Of a stretch of DNA of 64,000 nucleotides, positions 17,046 through 31,444 are shown one piece after another. How positions within the stretch are numbered: the first letter of the stretch is position 1; each line of letters begins with the position of its first letter. This stretch comes from Chrysomallon squamiferum. Lineage: Eukaryota; Animalia; Mollusca. A model generated the notes under the pieces. That model saw only the letters and a program-made list of their open reading frames with translations, did no database searches and was not told where the DNA came from. A program made the position numbers and the translations under genes. The stretch is taken from positions 16,667,580 through 16,731,579 of the forward strand of contig CM022668.1 of NCBI GenBank assembly GCA_012295275.1. The letters run 5' to 3'.

Positions 17046-18797
17046 TGATTTCAATGTGTAGATAAACACCTCTTTGTTAATTAATATAACTGACACAAAA
17101 TATTTACTACGTTAATAATCATTTACTCCTGAATTTCACTCATCACTATCTACATTTCAGATTAATAAAATATATGTGTGTCACACTAAATTCAGCATTC
17201 GGTGTCTGTATTAGATTTTATTATACAGAGGATCATTAATTAGTTAAATCTGCTTTCACATATGATATTCTATAATACCGAGAATGACTCTATGCGTGTA
17301 TTGTTGATTGTATCGAGAAAGGCTGTAGGTAGGTATGAATAGATGGTGCCTCGCAAGGCTGTACTGCAGGTAAGAATAGTAAATGGTGCTGATGAACGTA
17401 TGGTTATTTTCTCTGAATATAAAATGGTCGCGAGAAAAGGCTTCAAGTAAAAGGGTAGAGTGTTCTGCTGTGTGTGTTCGGGTATCTAGTAAAACCTGTA
17501 AGCACATCGATAATAGTAAGTGGATACTCTTTTAGGTGTGGATGCATATGTAGATAGATAACTAAGTATGTAATATATACGTCTGTTTGGAAGACTGGAT
17601 GGATGGATCTTTGCATGTGGGTTTGATTATATGTAGGAACGTATGTAGACATAAACAAATGTATATGTATGTATCTATGTATGTATGTATGTATGTTTAT
17701 ATGTATGTATGTGTGTAAATATGTATGAGTATATTTTTGTATATATGTGTACGTGTATAAGTGTATGTATGTATGTATGTATGTATGTATCTAAGTGTGT
17801 ATATGCTGTGTCTGTGTGTCTGTATGTCTAGGTGTTTGTGTATGTATCAAATTCACTAACGTCAAGGATTTCCTTTCATTATTTTTTCTGCTATTCAATC
17901 AATCACTTCCGTCGTGGTGGGAAATTTTGACAGTTCTGTCACCAGACTGCTTTCAGCGTTCTCTCTCGTTTCGATCGCGCGATATTGGATTTCCTCGCAT
18001 TTTCTTCATCAACATGAACAATCAGCATATAACTTCATTTTCGTCCAGCATGGCGGAGAAAGTCTTCTGCTTGTCTAATCTTTAAACAATGTTCCAATTT
18101 GGCCTTTTTCTCTACGAAAATACGTTGGTGGCTCGAGTCGAGGATCGTAATTGAATTGGGTTTCTCGTAGCGCTTCGTGGAAATAGCCACCGCTCCTAAA
18201 GAAATAACTCGCCTGGATATGGGCCGACAGGGAGATGGCGTTACGATCGAAGTGGTTCTGTATGAATTATAATAGCAGTAACTTATTTATTTCCTACTTT
18301 CATTGATGCGTTGCCGCTCTATCGACATCACAAGCAGATTCTGAAGAAGGGGTGTAAATTATTGAAGACGCTCAAGAAGGGTTAATATAAATTTGAAATT
18401 CCCTTGTGGGATAGGAATTGTTCTTCTTCTATGACTTCGTCGTTTGACATAAATGGTTTAGTCTATTTATTTTTAAAATAGGACCAATTACTCTTTGTTT
18501 GCTTTAATTTCCTCCACTTCATGTACTCATAATATTAAAGTTAATAAGATCCTGCGTTTGTTCTTGTACGCGAGTTAAATGTCACGTGGTAGTTTGGCGT
18601 CGGGACGGGTGTAAAAATTAATCAAAATAGTGGACGAAATAATTACCTGCACTGTTGGTTCTTTGCGGTCATCTCAGGTCATTCCTCTCTTAAACAAAGC
18701 ACAGTGAAGAACTAAATAAATAATTATAATTTCATTTCCTTATTTTTATATGCACGTTTTATATTCTTTCTTTTCTTGTATTTATTTATCCTATTTA

Positions 18798-18835
<38 letters not shown>

Positions 18836-20353
18836 TTTTTTTTTTTTTTGATTATTAAATTTTTATTTTTAAATTTTTAAATTTTAAATTTTATTTTTAT
18901 TATTATTTTTTTTTTTTATTATTATTTTTTTTTTTTTTTCTCATATGGGCGTTTTTTTTCAGTCTGTTGATCAAAAAGACATTGGTTTATATTAAAACCT
19001 GAATTCATTTTGTATCTGTTCATAGACATACACACACAGAGAGATAGAGATACACACACACGCACACAGACACAAACATCCAGACGAACACACACACATT
19101 CAAACACACAAATATGCACATCTATAGACACCCATACACACAAAAATAAAATTAAATAAAATTAAATTAAATAAACTGGAAAGAAAGAAACAAGGAAGAA
19201 TGAAGGAAACAATAAATTACATTCCTAATATAAAAATAAAGCAGCTTTAAATCTTCCAATCATTACATTATTTTTTCTGTTGAACGTAAAACAGTAATTT
19301 TTTAATAAAAAGTATCACCCCCCCACATACACATACACACACACACACACAAACATACCTACATACAAACATAGATATGAAGACTCCCTAAAATCAAACA
19401 AATGTTTTGAAACAAATGACGATATTAAATATAGATTTGTATGTTTTTAAATTCCAGGCTAAAATTAAAATAGATGACCTTGACATTCATTTTTATTTAT
19501 ATCAGATCTGTAATGGAATCCATTATAGTTTTAATAACTTGGTGTTTGTGAGACATGCGAATTATTAATGTTTTATTAATATCGCTCTCTCTCTCTTTTA
19601 AGCTTGTTTGATGACCAAAACCAATATGAAGCGAAATGCAGAACTAAAAAGAATTCACCTAAAAATCTATCGACCATGTAACGAGGGTCACGTTAGGTTT
19701 TCCATACTGCATGTCGCTCTGACGTCACATTGCACGTTCCAGAAACAATCGATGGAAACGCAAAGGTCCTTGCATTACGTAGCTGTCACCATGACATTTT
19801 TCTTTAAGCGGCTTGCTTTTTTGTAAGGCGATTACAGTCACCTACGATACACAAACACAAAGCAATTAATTTCACAAAGACCTGTAACGGATATAACGCT
19901 TTGATAGAAAACAGATATCAGTACCAGTAAAAATAGATTAATGTTTTCAAAAGAGCTAAAATTTAGGACTTATGTGGAACGTTAACACTTTTTTAATTGA
20001 TATCAAAGTCGGATGAAGCGATGAAAATACTGTAAACGATCCCACACTGAAATAAGCTAGTGCGCCAGTAAAATGGAGGAATGCGTTTTTGATGACATCA
20101 CGAGATAAATGGCTTACACAGAGTTATTTTATTATTAACACTTTGTTAGTTGTTATTACTTAGTGTGTTCTTTTATCGCCATATAACTTATAGCAAGGAA
20201 TATATTATTATAGAATAAATTGTTTAGCAATTCCGATTGGGATTAATAAAAAGATATATATATATATATAAATATTCATTAACAAATGTAGCTTATTTGA
20301 ATCGTATTAAATTATCATCAAATTGCTGCACACACACACACGCACACACACAC

Positions 20354-20416
<63 letters not shown>

Positions 20417-22448
20417 TATACACAAATAAATAATAAATAGATAAAATAAAATGAATAAATCGGAGAGAAAGAAAGAAAAAAGGAAAGAAAGAAAGGAAAT
20501 AAGAAACAAACAAGCAAACAATATACTACATTCCTAAAATAAAAATAACAGTTTTAAATCTTCTAATCATTTTATTTTTTTTTTTTTTTTTCAACGTAAA
20601 AAGGTAATTTTTCAATAATTAGTCGAAACACATTTTAGGTACATCAAATGATAGATTTATTCAGAAGCAATTTTTTCTATCAGTAAATGCTGCATTGAGA
20701 ATATTTTGTGAATTCTTTTCCTACACTGAAATATTCTGTGCCATCTTTGTTACACTTTATAAATACAAAATATATAAAAATAATAATAATAAAAAGAATT
20801 ATTGAATTTCAGGCTACTGCTTTTAATAGTACAAATGAAAGTTATATATAAATCTGTTCAGCATACATATGGATTTTAACACGAAACAGTTGAAACTTAT
20901 TAAACGTGGACATTTCTGGTGAAACCGGTCCAAAGCTGGAAAAATTACAAAATTTGAACTTACCACCATTTCACACTTGAAACCTTACGTCTGGTACTAT
21001 AAAGTCCCACTGTACAATCATGGAAACCCAGCCTACTTTCCATTAAGTAACAATACATTTTACCACTTGTAACCATCCTAACCTAACAAACTTCACCAGC
21101 CTACATTTTTCTACTAAACATGTTTCTTTGACATAATTATACTGTCAGACATTTCTTTACATTGTTGGTTGTTTATGTTGGCTGTATATTGTTCACATAT
21201 TATTATACTGCTGTATTAAGTGGCTGTTCTGTACTAAAGTTCAGTGTTTCGGTAAATTTATGTTAATGTTTATATCCGGGATTCACAGAGTTCTGCATTT
21301 TACGGACCGATTCTCCCCCCTTAGTCCGTGAAATCGAGGGTCAAAAATATACGTGTTTGTCAACAATATACGTGTTTGTCAACAATATACGTGTTTGTCA
21401 ACAATATACGTGTTTGTTTCCAAGCTTAGTTTACCTTCTGCCATCGCGTGTCTGGACTTACTATTACAAAGCACAGGAACGTCTTAATTGTTTTGTTCCT
21501 ATTCGATCACCTTAACACAAGTCGCATATCTTCAGCTAAAAACTTCAACGATTAGAGAGTGACTGCATATTTCACTAAGTCATCCACACTTTGTAATACA
21601 ATTTTGATCCATTCATTTGATATTTCTTTAATTTTTATACACGAATTTTCTTTCTTGTCGAGACTAGCATATCAAATAACTGTTTTCATCTGCTCGCGCT
21701 GTTTCTTTCTATGATCAGAACGAGATAATGTGTCAGATTAAATTAGAACATTTCAAAGAAAAATATCAGTTAATAGAAGCAAGCATTGACTTCTTGTCTG
21801 GAGTGAGCCGTCCTGTAATTAATGTCACACTTGTGTGTACTCAACGTCTCGGTATATCTCGCGCGAGTTCACGTAATTTGTGTGTAAATAACAAATCACG
21901 TGGTTGAGGTCTGCGTCATATATCTGGAGATCTCCTAACAGACAGAGTACTAGCTAAAATATCAGTCATATAGATTTACAAATATTTTACATTTCTCTTA
22001 CAAACAAAACTGTATTCATACGCTGTGTAAAACATTATAAATCTAAGTTTATTAATTATATAAAAAATATATTATTTAATTTTACATTTATCGTACAATG
22101 TAAACAATAATTATAAATTTAATATGATTATTATCAAGTTTACGATTCCCATTATTACTGTTGTGAAATCCCTTACTTACATGCATGGTGAACAGTGTAA
22201 TATATTTGTTATTTATCCGTATCACTGTTCTCATTGTATTAATACTTTGTGTATAGGTATAGTGTACTGCATTTAATAACTAAACAATACAATAAAACAA
22301 ATCATCACAATTTGTGGTGTTTTTATTGTTTTACTTAACTCATCAAACAATACTGATATGAGAATCTGAATGATGAACTTGTTTCAGTTAGCACTGTAAG
22401 TTGTCATTGACATCAGTGTCTGAAGTATCAACTGCTTCACTTCGAGCA

Positions 22449-23945
22449 TCATCCAAGTCCTCTGAATTTGCAAGAAAGTCCTCTGCACAATTTTAGTTCA
22501 TTGCAGGTTATCCTGATCACATCTGAAGAGGGCACAGGTAAGTATGAGTCTTGTGAGTCTGACAATGAGTCTACAACCAGATTGTCTAATTGTACAAGAT
22601 GCTGGTCTTTTTCTTTGTTTTTTATCATCTGCATACAGGAAAACAGCTTTATCTGTAAGTTTTTGTTCATATGAAGGGTCACAGCTTATAAGTGCAGACA
22701 GGTAAACTCTAATCACCAGCAAATCATCCAGTGTAGAATTGGACATGTTCAACCTGGTATTTGTCAACTGCCGACTGAGTGCGCTTATGCCCCTCTCAAC
22801 ACTTGCACTAGCAAGTGCAACCGCCAAGATGATTTCAGTGATAAGAAGAATGTGTGAATATTCAGATGGCTGAATATTTGACATGCCTTGTTCACTTTGG
22901 AAGTGAATGAATTTGTTTGCCACAAGTTTCTTTAAACCCCTCCATTCAGCAACAGCCATATCTAGGGCAAAGTTGTGGTAAGCTAGCCTTTCAGCAAAAT
23001 GTTTAGATAACAGTTTAATTTGTTCCAAGCCATATTTTGGATCAGATATATCCCACTGAGTGTGATCAGCTGTTTTCATTGCCTTGAAGATAGGGTCATT
23101 ACAAGAATCCAGTCCTATAATCAGTTGTGTTGAAATTGCTGGGATCAGTTTTATTCTTATATGTTTCAGTCTCTCGTCCCTGATGAACATGGTTCACAAC
23201 AAACTTTTCTTTTATTGTAGTAACAACTTTTTCAGCTTGTTGTTTTTGCTTCTTACTCAACTGATTGTCTTGTTTGAATCTTACACTTGCTGTAAGGTTG
23301 GTAGCCTCTGCTTCACTGAGATTAACTGCAAATGGTAGATCACTGTCATCAGCAGCAAGTGTACTGAGTCCATCTACAGTTGATTTTATTGTGTCAGTAA
23401 CATCTGTGACTAATGAAGTTGCATTCTGAGCAGCATGTGACAAATTGGCCGTTTGTTTCAGAGTGAGTCTGCATAGAGATGCATAGATGCCAGATACTCA
23501 TAACTCAGCCATGTGTTGAGGTACCCCTTTAGTCTTGCCTTTTGGTCTGGTTTGCAAATTTTGTTTGAAGCTTGTATCAAGCTTGAAAGTTTATGATCAT
23601 AGATTTGATGGCCCTGTATTTATGAATTTGAAATCGTGTATCAGAAGCTTTTGGTATCCGTTGGACTAGAACCCCTAACCGCTCTGCAATAAGTAGCAAT
23701 ATTCTCCAACACTTGCTACTATTCTTGAAAAACATAAACAGATTCAACATCATGTCATCCACTTTTGCAAAGTCGCCAATTTCAGCAAATGCATCTTTGA
23801 CAGCCAGTTCAATTCTATGTGCAGAGCAATGAATTATTAGCAACTATTCCCTGCCTTCAGTTTTCATTACAGTTAGAGCACCATTCAGTTTACCAACATT
23901 AACATTTGCTCCATCTGCACAAGCACAAATAAGACATTTGAAATG
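22449..23945 (-). mobile_element. Decayed hAT-superfamily (ZNF862-like) transposase, C-terminal half
   Basis: Minus-strand fragments contain CADGANVN (catalytic D), IHCSAHRIELAVKDA (CxxH motif), DTRF (TRW-like) and ASVERGIS (hATC ERxFS-like); interrupted by stops and frameshifts; 5' part cut off at a (CA)n tract. Confidence 0.85.
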
Positions 23946-23947
23946 TG

Positions 23948-24021
<74 letters not shown>

Positions 24022-24957
24022 TGACTCTATGAATGAATTATATAGGCAAACTGGAACATTGTTTAAAGATTAGACAAGCAGAAGACTTTCTCCGCCATGC
24101 TGGACGAAAATGAAGTTATGTGCTGATCGTTGATGTTGAGGAAGAAAATGCGAGGAAATCCAGTATCGTTCTATCAGCAAGTAAATACTGAGAAATCTGT
24201 CTGGTGACAAAACTGTCAAAATTCTCTACGCCTGTGAAGTCACACAACTGACTGATTTGGAAAAGAAAATGGTTATTGAAACGGATTTGATGTCCAAAAC
24301 GATTCTGAAGTAATATGCCAAAGACACTAATTATAATATTTCTGGAAATTAAGATGTCATTAGAAAACATAGGTAAAATTATCATAAAACGATAAATGTA
24401 CGAAATAAATTTGCATCATCTGTATGTATCACCCACACGCTAAGCAGGTTGAAAATTGAAATTGTCATTTAACAACTCATATAAAAAGAGGAATAGCGTA
24501 TTTGCTCCGGTTTCCACTATTTAAGTGTTAATGGTGACGTCATTATAACGGCATTGCGTTATGTTTTGAAACAAATTCAGTCAGAAAGTCAACAGTATCA
24601 TTAGAGCCGCTTGTCAAGTTCGGTGTCAAAATCTGATTTATAAAATCACAACCTTGCATTAACACATACACGTTAAGCATGCACACGAGCACACAAACGC
24701 TTATGTATGTGTATATATATATATGCGTGTGTGTGTGTTTATATACACACAGAGATAGATCTAGGTATGTATACATATATGTATACTATACTATATTATA
24801 TACACACAGATATCTACAACACATTCATATTCATACAACAGTTTTAGTTAATTTATATTTTAACTTATTATTATCTTATTTTGTTCTTAGAGCTATGAAC
24901 ATTTTAAATAACATATACGATAAAATGTGGATAACTAGACAAGTAATATATTTAAAT

Positions 24958-24991
<34 letters not shown>

Positions 24992-25521
24992 CTTAAATAT
25001 ACAATTTCTGTTAATTTACGAATTATATTTGTTTATTATTATTTTATTTTATTTTCTTCTTAGAATTCTAAACTTTTTTATACGTACACAAATAGTCAAG
25101 TAAAGTATTTAATTATACATTTGATTATTACTTTTTTAAAACATGCAGTTGGAATATACCATTCTTATATCTTCACATTAAAACTAATTACCTCAGAAGA
25201 AATTAAAACATATTCATTTCTGTAAATTATTGAAAACCGAGTACAAACAACAAAGCGCAGGAAGTAACCGTGCCTTATATGCCAATGTACATCACGTCGA
25301 CATCCGGTTTCAAAGAGGAGAATGTGTGAATGAATTTATCTCCCTTGATTTGTCAGATTTTGATTTGTCTGTTCCTTCGTGAGCAGATTTTCGCTTAGCT
25401 TCGAAAGAGTATTTATTCCAAATGCTTCATCAGCATATATTCACCCAAACACGCACGCACGCACGCATGCGCACACACACACACACACACGAACAGAGGC
25501 AGTAACAACAACAATAACAAC

Positions 25522-25607
<86 letters not shown>

Positions 25608-26518
25608 TTATAATCAAGTTTAAGCAAAAATGTATAATACGGAACGTATTATTGATTATTTAATTTATTTTGTTTTTATTTTTATTTTATTATTACTTTT
25701 TTATTATTATAATTATAGTTTATTATTTTTTTTTTTTTTCATTTGTTAATATTTAAAAGATGTATTAACATTTATTGATCTTACTGTAAATTCAGCTAGC
25801 TACAAACTGGCGCCGCTTGTAAATAAATTTTGTTTCAAAATTACTATATTCAGTCTCGTAACTTCGAGAAAAATATCCATACACGAAGCTGATATCCTTA
25901 GAACAGTGTTGGAAAAAACACTGCTGTACGGTAAAACAAGTTTGGAAAATACACACACATAGCAGTTGTCTTCAGTGTTAACGTGTACGTCCGCAGACCC
26001 CAAACAGTGATCAAAAGCAGGATGCTACATGTTTTAATTAGCATCTGCTGTCTCGTGATTACAAGGAACTGCAGTTATATGTAAACAATGACTGAATATG
26101 ACCGAAATTCGAAAATACATGAATATCTCTTCTACAATAGTCTTTATAACGAATAAGCCCCATCATGGACCATAATGATGAAAATATCCATTAGAAGAGA
26201 AAAATCAAACGATGTGATTTAACATGAAATGAATCAGTGTGTCTGACTCGGGATTACAACCCACGATCTCTGACAAAGATTAATGATAATCTCCATAACC
26301 GGATTAAGCGAAAACAATTTTCGGAAATGCTTTAAATGTCAAAATGATATTTTAACAATGGGTTTATTTTATTGATAACCTGAAACTCATAACCGGAAGT
26401 TTAACATATACTGGCCAGTGGCGCCCCCTTCAAATGATGCCTGGAACACGTGTCTGCCACACGTTACACAAATAAAAATTAATTAAAACAAAAGATAATA
26501 AGAAGGAGGAGGAGGAGA

Positions 26519-26566
<48 letters not shown>

Positions 26567-27505
26567 TTAATAATAATAATAATAAGCAAGAAGAAGTCAT
26601 CAATAAATAAATAAATAAAATAATAACAATTTAAAAAAATTAAATTAAATTTTGAAGTTAAGGTAGCTTATATTTATTTATTTACTTATATATATGTATT
26701 TTTTATTTTTATTTTTTTATAAATTAAGTTTTTATCTTTTTGGGCTCGTTGCCAGGTTATTTATAGACGACAGGTGACTAATAGGAATCCAGCAGACAGC
26801 AGACAGCCAACGTTCCAGTCGTCATCTGTTGATTGGGATTTCTCTAATTTGATTTAACCTCCTACAAAGCTGACAGTTCTACTCATCTCTCTATCAAGTT
26901 CTTAATATGTCACCATCTTGTCGACCAGATATTTCTGTACTCTCTCTCTCTCTCTCTGTTTTGTCAACTGCAAACTAGCCATTTTATTATTTAATTTACA
27001 AAGACACGGTTATTTGTAATCTAAATGGACAGAGAAACAGAAAGTCTTTGATTAAAATCCAATATACATGTTTTCGAAAAAGTCTCTTAATTGTCTTTTG
27101 GTGTCCAGTAGGATTCTGCTTATATCTCGTGACAACTACAAATTCAGGGGGATTAACTTGACCACTTTTACCGCAGTAAACCTGATTGAAGTAGAGGTCT
27201 TTATTTGATCAAACTCACCGCTCTGTCCACGCTGGTTTGCTCTATTCAATTTGGGAAATCGACGGAAAACGTGGGTGTTTGAAGTTAACAGATGGGACGA
27301 GTATATTAATTCTGGAAAAGGTTAACAGTTATTACTAACACTCTTTAAGTTATTAATTTACTTCATTTTGAATAATACATGTCCATTTATTAATATGTAA
27401 CCTTTATTAACAGTAACTTTCAGATGTTACTGAAATACTTGTATGCTGCTCTTACCTTCAAAAGTCATCAATATTATATCAGTGTAAAAATATGTGTATC
27501 TTCTT

Positions 27506-27562
<57 letters not shown>

Positions 27563-27731
27563 ATAAATTGCTTAAAATGCATGTAATACTTTGTGTTAAT
27601 AAAACCGCTAAAACATGAGCCAGAAGACTGCTGTGTTATAATAACTAGTTTCTTTCCCCTGTTTGTTCTGTATACTTTACAGTCAGATAGTTTATTTACC
27701 GATATTATTGTGAAAACCAATGGAACTATAC

Positions 27732-27863
<132 letters not shown>

Positions 27864-28489
27864 ATTATAGCAAAATTCAAATTTTCATACAAGCAGTCTT
27901 AAGAAGAGAACATCCTTTACACATTACATCTAAATAAATATTAATATTGTTTGATAACTATCTATCCATAGAGCAGTTGATTCAGCGATACTGTTAACAA
28001 ACAAAACATCGGTTATTCTGGGAATAGTTATAATCCCATGGCTTCATGAACTGAGGAAAATATGAAATATTTAACCAGGTGCTAAACGTGTCTTTAATCT
28101 ACAGTTATCTTGTTAAGGATTATGTAGTTGATGTAGTGAGGAAATCCTTTTCTTTCGGTCGGAACAGATGTGTTATTTGTCATACTCTTCCATTCTTATA
28201 AAGTGTTAATGTATGTATTTTCGTACTGGCCAGAAAATAAGCGGCTATATCGATATTTAACTGTGGCTACGTTGTAGATAAGTGAAGACGAATCTAAGAC
28301 GCGAAGTGATTCTGGAACAATCCTTCTTAGTGTGACCATAGGGTTAACTGCCGTTCCACCTGAGCTCGAAAATTAGTTCAGATTACATGTGATTTGTTGA
28401 GTATGTGAATGTTTTTATATTCCCTGCAGTTAATCTATAAGTATTCATGGAATGCAACTAAAGTTGTTTCATCCTTCAGATTAACATAC

Positions 28490-28616
<127 letters not shown>

Positions 28617-29230
28617 CGACTGCAGACACACGTACAGATGCAGATACGGACACACTTGATCTCTAATAATTATTAATGCAAAGATTTACAACTGTTTTAA
28701 ACAAGCACTAATTTGTAGAAACTGTTTATAAACAATTTTTGTATTTTTTGTTTTTGTTTTTTTTAATTCTTGTTTTTTTTAATTTTTTTATATTTTATTA
28801 TTATTTTTTTTTACGGAGATTCTTTATCTAACCACCAAATTTTTATTATAACATATTTATAATAAAATAAAATACACATGTAAAATAAATCAATATACTA
28901 AAATAAAATAAAACTTTTAATAACAACAACTGAAGAGAAAACTGACATAATTTATTCTGTCACATGCAAAAACATTTATTTCGTTTCTTACACATTAAAT
29001 GTCAAAACGAATCACAAAAGCAAATCACTTTAACAAAGAGCAGTCTTTAGTGTGGCAGCAATATTAAATATGTGTATGATACAGTTTATTTATTACTTTG
29101 TGGTAATATATATATACATTATATTGCACAGATTAATAGTTATCACTTGGGTATTCATTTCCAGTTTGATGTAAAAGCTGTACCAATTGCATCTACGACA
29201 ATCACTTATTAACATTTAGGAAGAAACAGA

Positions 29231-29261
<31 letters not shown>

Positions 29262-30791
29262 AAAGCTAAGTACACAAATAGTTTATTTTTATTGCCACAT
29301 AAAACGAATATAACGAATAACAAATACATTATAGCAAACGAGTGTTATGATGTCTGTGTTGTACCATTTTCTTTTCTTTAAATTTACTATTGTAAACTGA
29401 ATCATTTACTGAAATATCTATGGAAGTATGTATTAAGTCATTGATGCATTTGAAACAAATAATCATTATATATATATATATATGATTTAGTTGGTATCAT
29501 CATTGCAGTTAACAGACTGACGTATTTAAACTAGTATTCAAGAGGAAGATACCTAGCTGTAATAAATCTTGGGAATGATATTTGATTTTATAGCAAATGT
29601 CAGATTGATATAGATTTGTTTATAATAAATACATTCAACATGATATATCAATGTAGGTAACATGATCTATCTACGTACAGTGAATACTGTCAATATGGCA
29701 TATAATATACAAATAGCAATAACAGGATATATCAGTATAGCTAAAACCATCAACCTGGTATATTTACATTTGGTAAATACTGTCAACATATCTATATATA
29801 TAGTAAATACCATTGATGATACAAATTTAGATAATTTATAGAAAATACCGTCAGCTTGGTATTAATTTATGGATATATATAATATAGTCACAGCCTTAAA
29901 TCGTCATACTGTTATGTAGATGCACATGTATTTTTACACAATCTTCACACAATCTTCTTTGTGGCAAGCAATAAAGTTAAATTTTTACAACATCAAGTTG
30001 TATGTGATAGCTCAGATAAATATAGTTCACAAAACAAAGTGATTTTATGAAAACCAAAACATATTCCATAAAGTTAACATAAAAAACCCACCCCAAGTAG
30101 CCAGTCTTCTGCAAAGACAAAACGGAAGGGAAACAACTCTTAAAATCAACAATCGATAATAATGATTATAACACAATGAAAATAAATATTTTATTTGAGT
30201 AAACAAAAATTGTAGATTCTGAAGTTATGTGACAAAGTTGATATTTCACTCATTTTAATGATATAATTTCTACAATTTCACACTGAATCTGTGTAAGAAC
30301 TATAACAGATCCACTGAGTAGAGCTAGGTCAAACATAAAATGACACTCAACTACAAGTTGGCTATCACTAGGGTGTGATAAAAAGATCTGTTGTAATGAA
30401 GGACAGACTCTAGATATGAAAAAAATAAAATAATAATAAAATAAATAAAAGTAAAAACGTTTGTTACAAAATAAAAAAATAAAAAAAATAAAAATAAAAA
30501 AAATAAAACGAATATAATTACATTTGTTATTAGTTTTCAAATAGTTATATTCGGTGCATATTTCTTTTTTTGTGTTTGCAGTAAGCTGGCTTTAGCAATA
30601 CATATTTATTCCTAAGTAGCATACAGCAGTTTCACAGAAGAATGTTAGCCAGTCTGTTTTTCATAAAACTAGTGAGTTTTAAAGTTGTGTATGAACAGAA
30701 TAGACACCTTGTTTGATGTGGTATCACATTCCAGGTGACAAAAAATAAAGTAAAAAATAAAAAGAATTCTGTCTGAAGATTTACACTGAAT

Positions 30792-31444
30792 TTACTTTGT
30801 TTCTTTGTCCAGTGACCACAGGGGGTCAAGATTACTAAGTGGATCATCTGGCACATTCAGGTTTTCTTTTAATCCTTTATTGTTTGACCGGCCAAAACTT
30901 GACTTGGTTATTCGTTTTCTCTCAGGAGGAGCGGAACCCAGTGTGAAAGTGTTTGGGTTCTGAAGGTCAACAAGAGATGATGGCATCCCCCCCTTGCTGT
31001 CCACTTTGTGTTGAGGTGAGCCCTTTGATGATACTGACCCACTGACTGATGTCTCACTGACCACTGATGAACTGGAGCCGGACCGACTACGAATCTTTGG
31101 ACTGTTTATTCCAGATAAAGAATCTTCACGAGAGTTTGAATCATGTATGCTTGGTTGGTTTTCACTTTTTGTTGGCTGCTGTATTAGATCTGGTAGACTG
31201 CAAATCGAGTTCTCTTCCTTCGGGAGACATCCTGTGTCACCAACTATCTGTCCTTGACCTTCATGGTTGACTGACTCTGAGCTGTGTTTCTCACCAAACC
31301 TGCGTACATTGTTCTGTATGGTCTGTAGGTTGACTGAGCCGAGGACGATGTCATCAGCAGGGTTGACGCTAGATATGTGTTCCGGTGATTTGTTCTTCTT
31401 CTGTTTTCTATCTACACAGTGTGGGTTCTTCACCAAAACATTTT
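30792..31444 (-). CDS. PTPN23: PTPN23 last coding exon (PEST-like tail)
   Basis: Ends ...KRITKSSF...PDDPLSNLDPLWSLDKETK*, the conserved HD-PTP C-terminal motif. Confidence 0.92.

Noticed and set aside
25265-25280. miR-124-like sequence (GTGCCTTA)
   Set aside because: Seed-length match only, with no hairpin.
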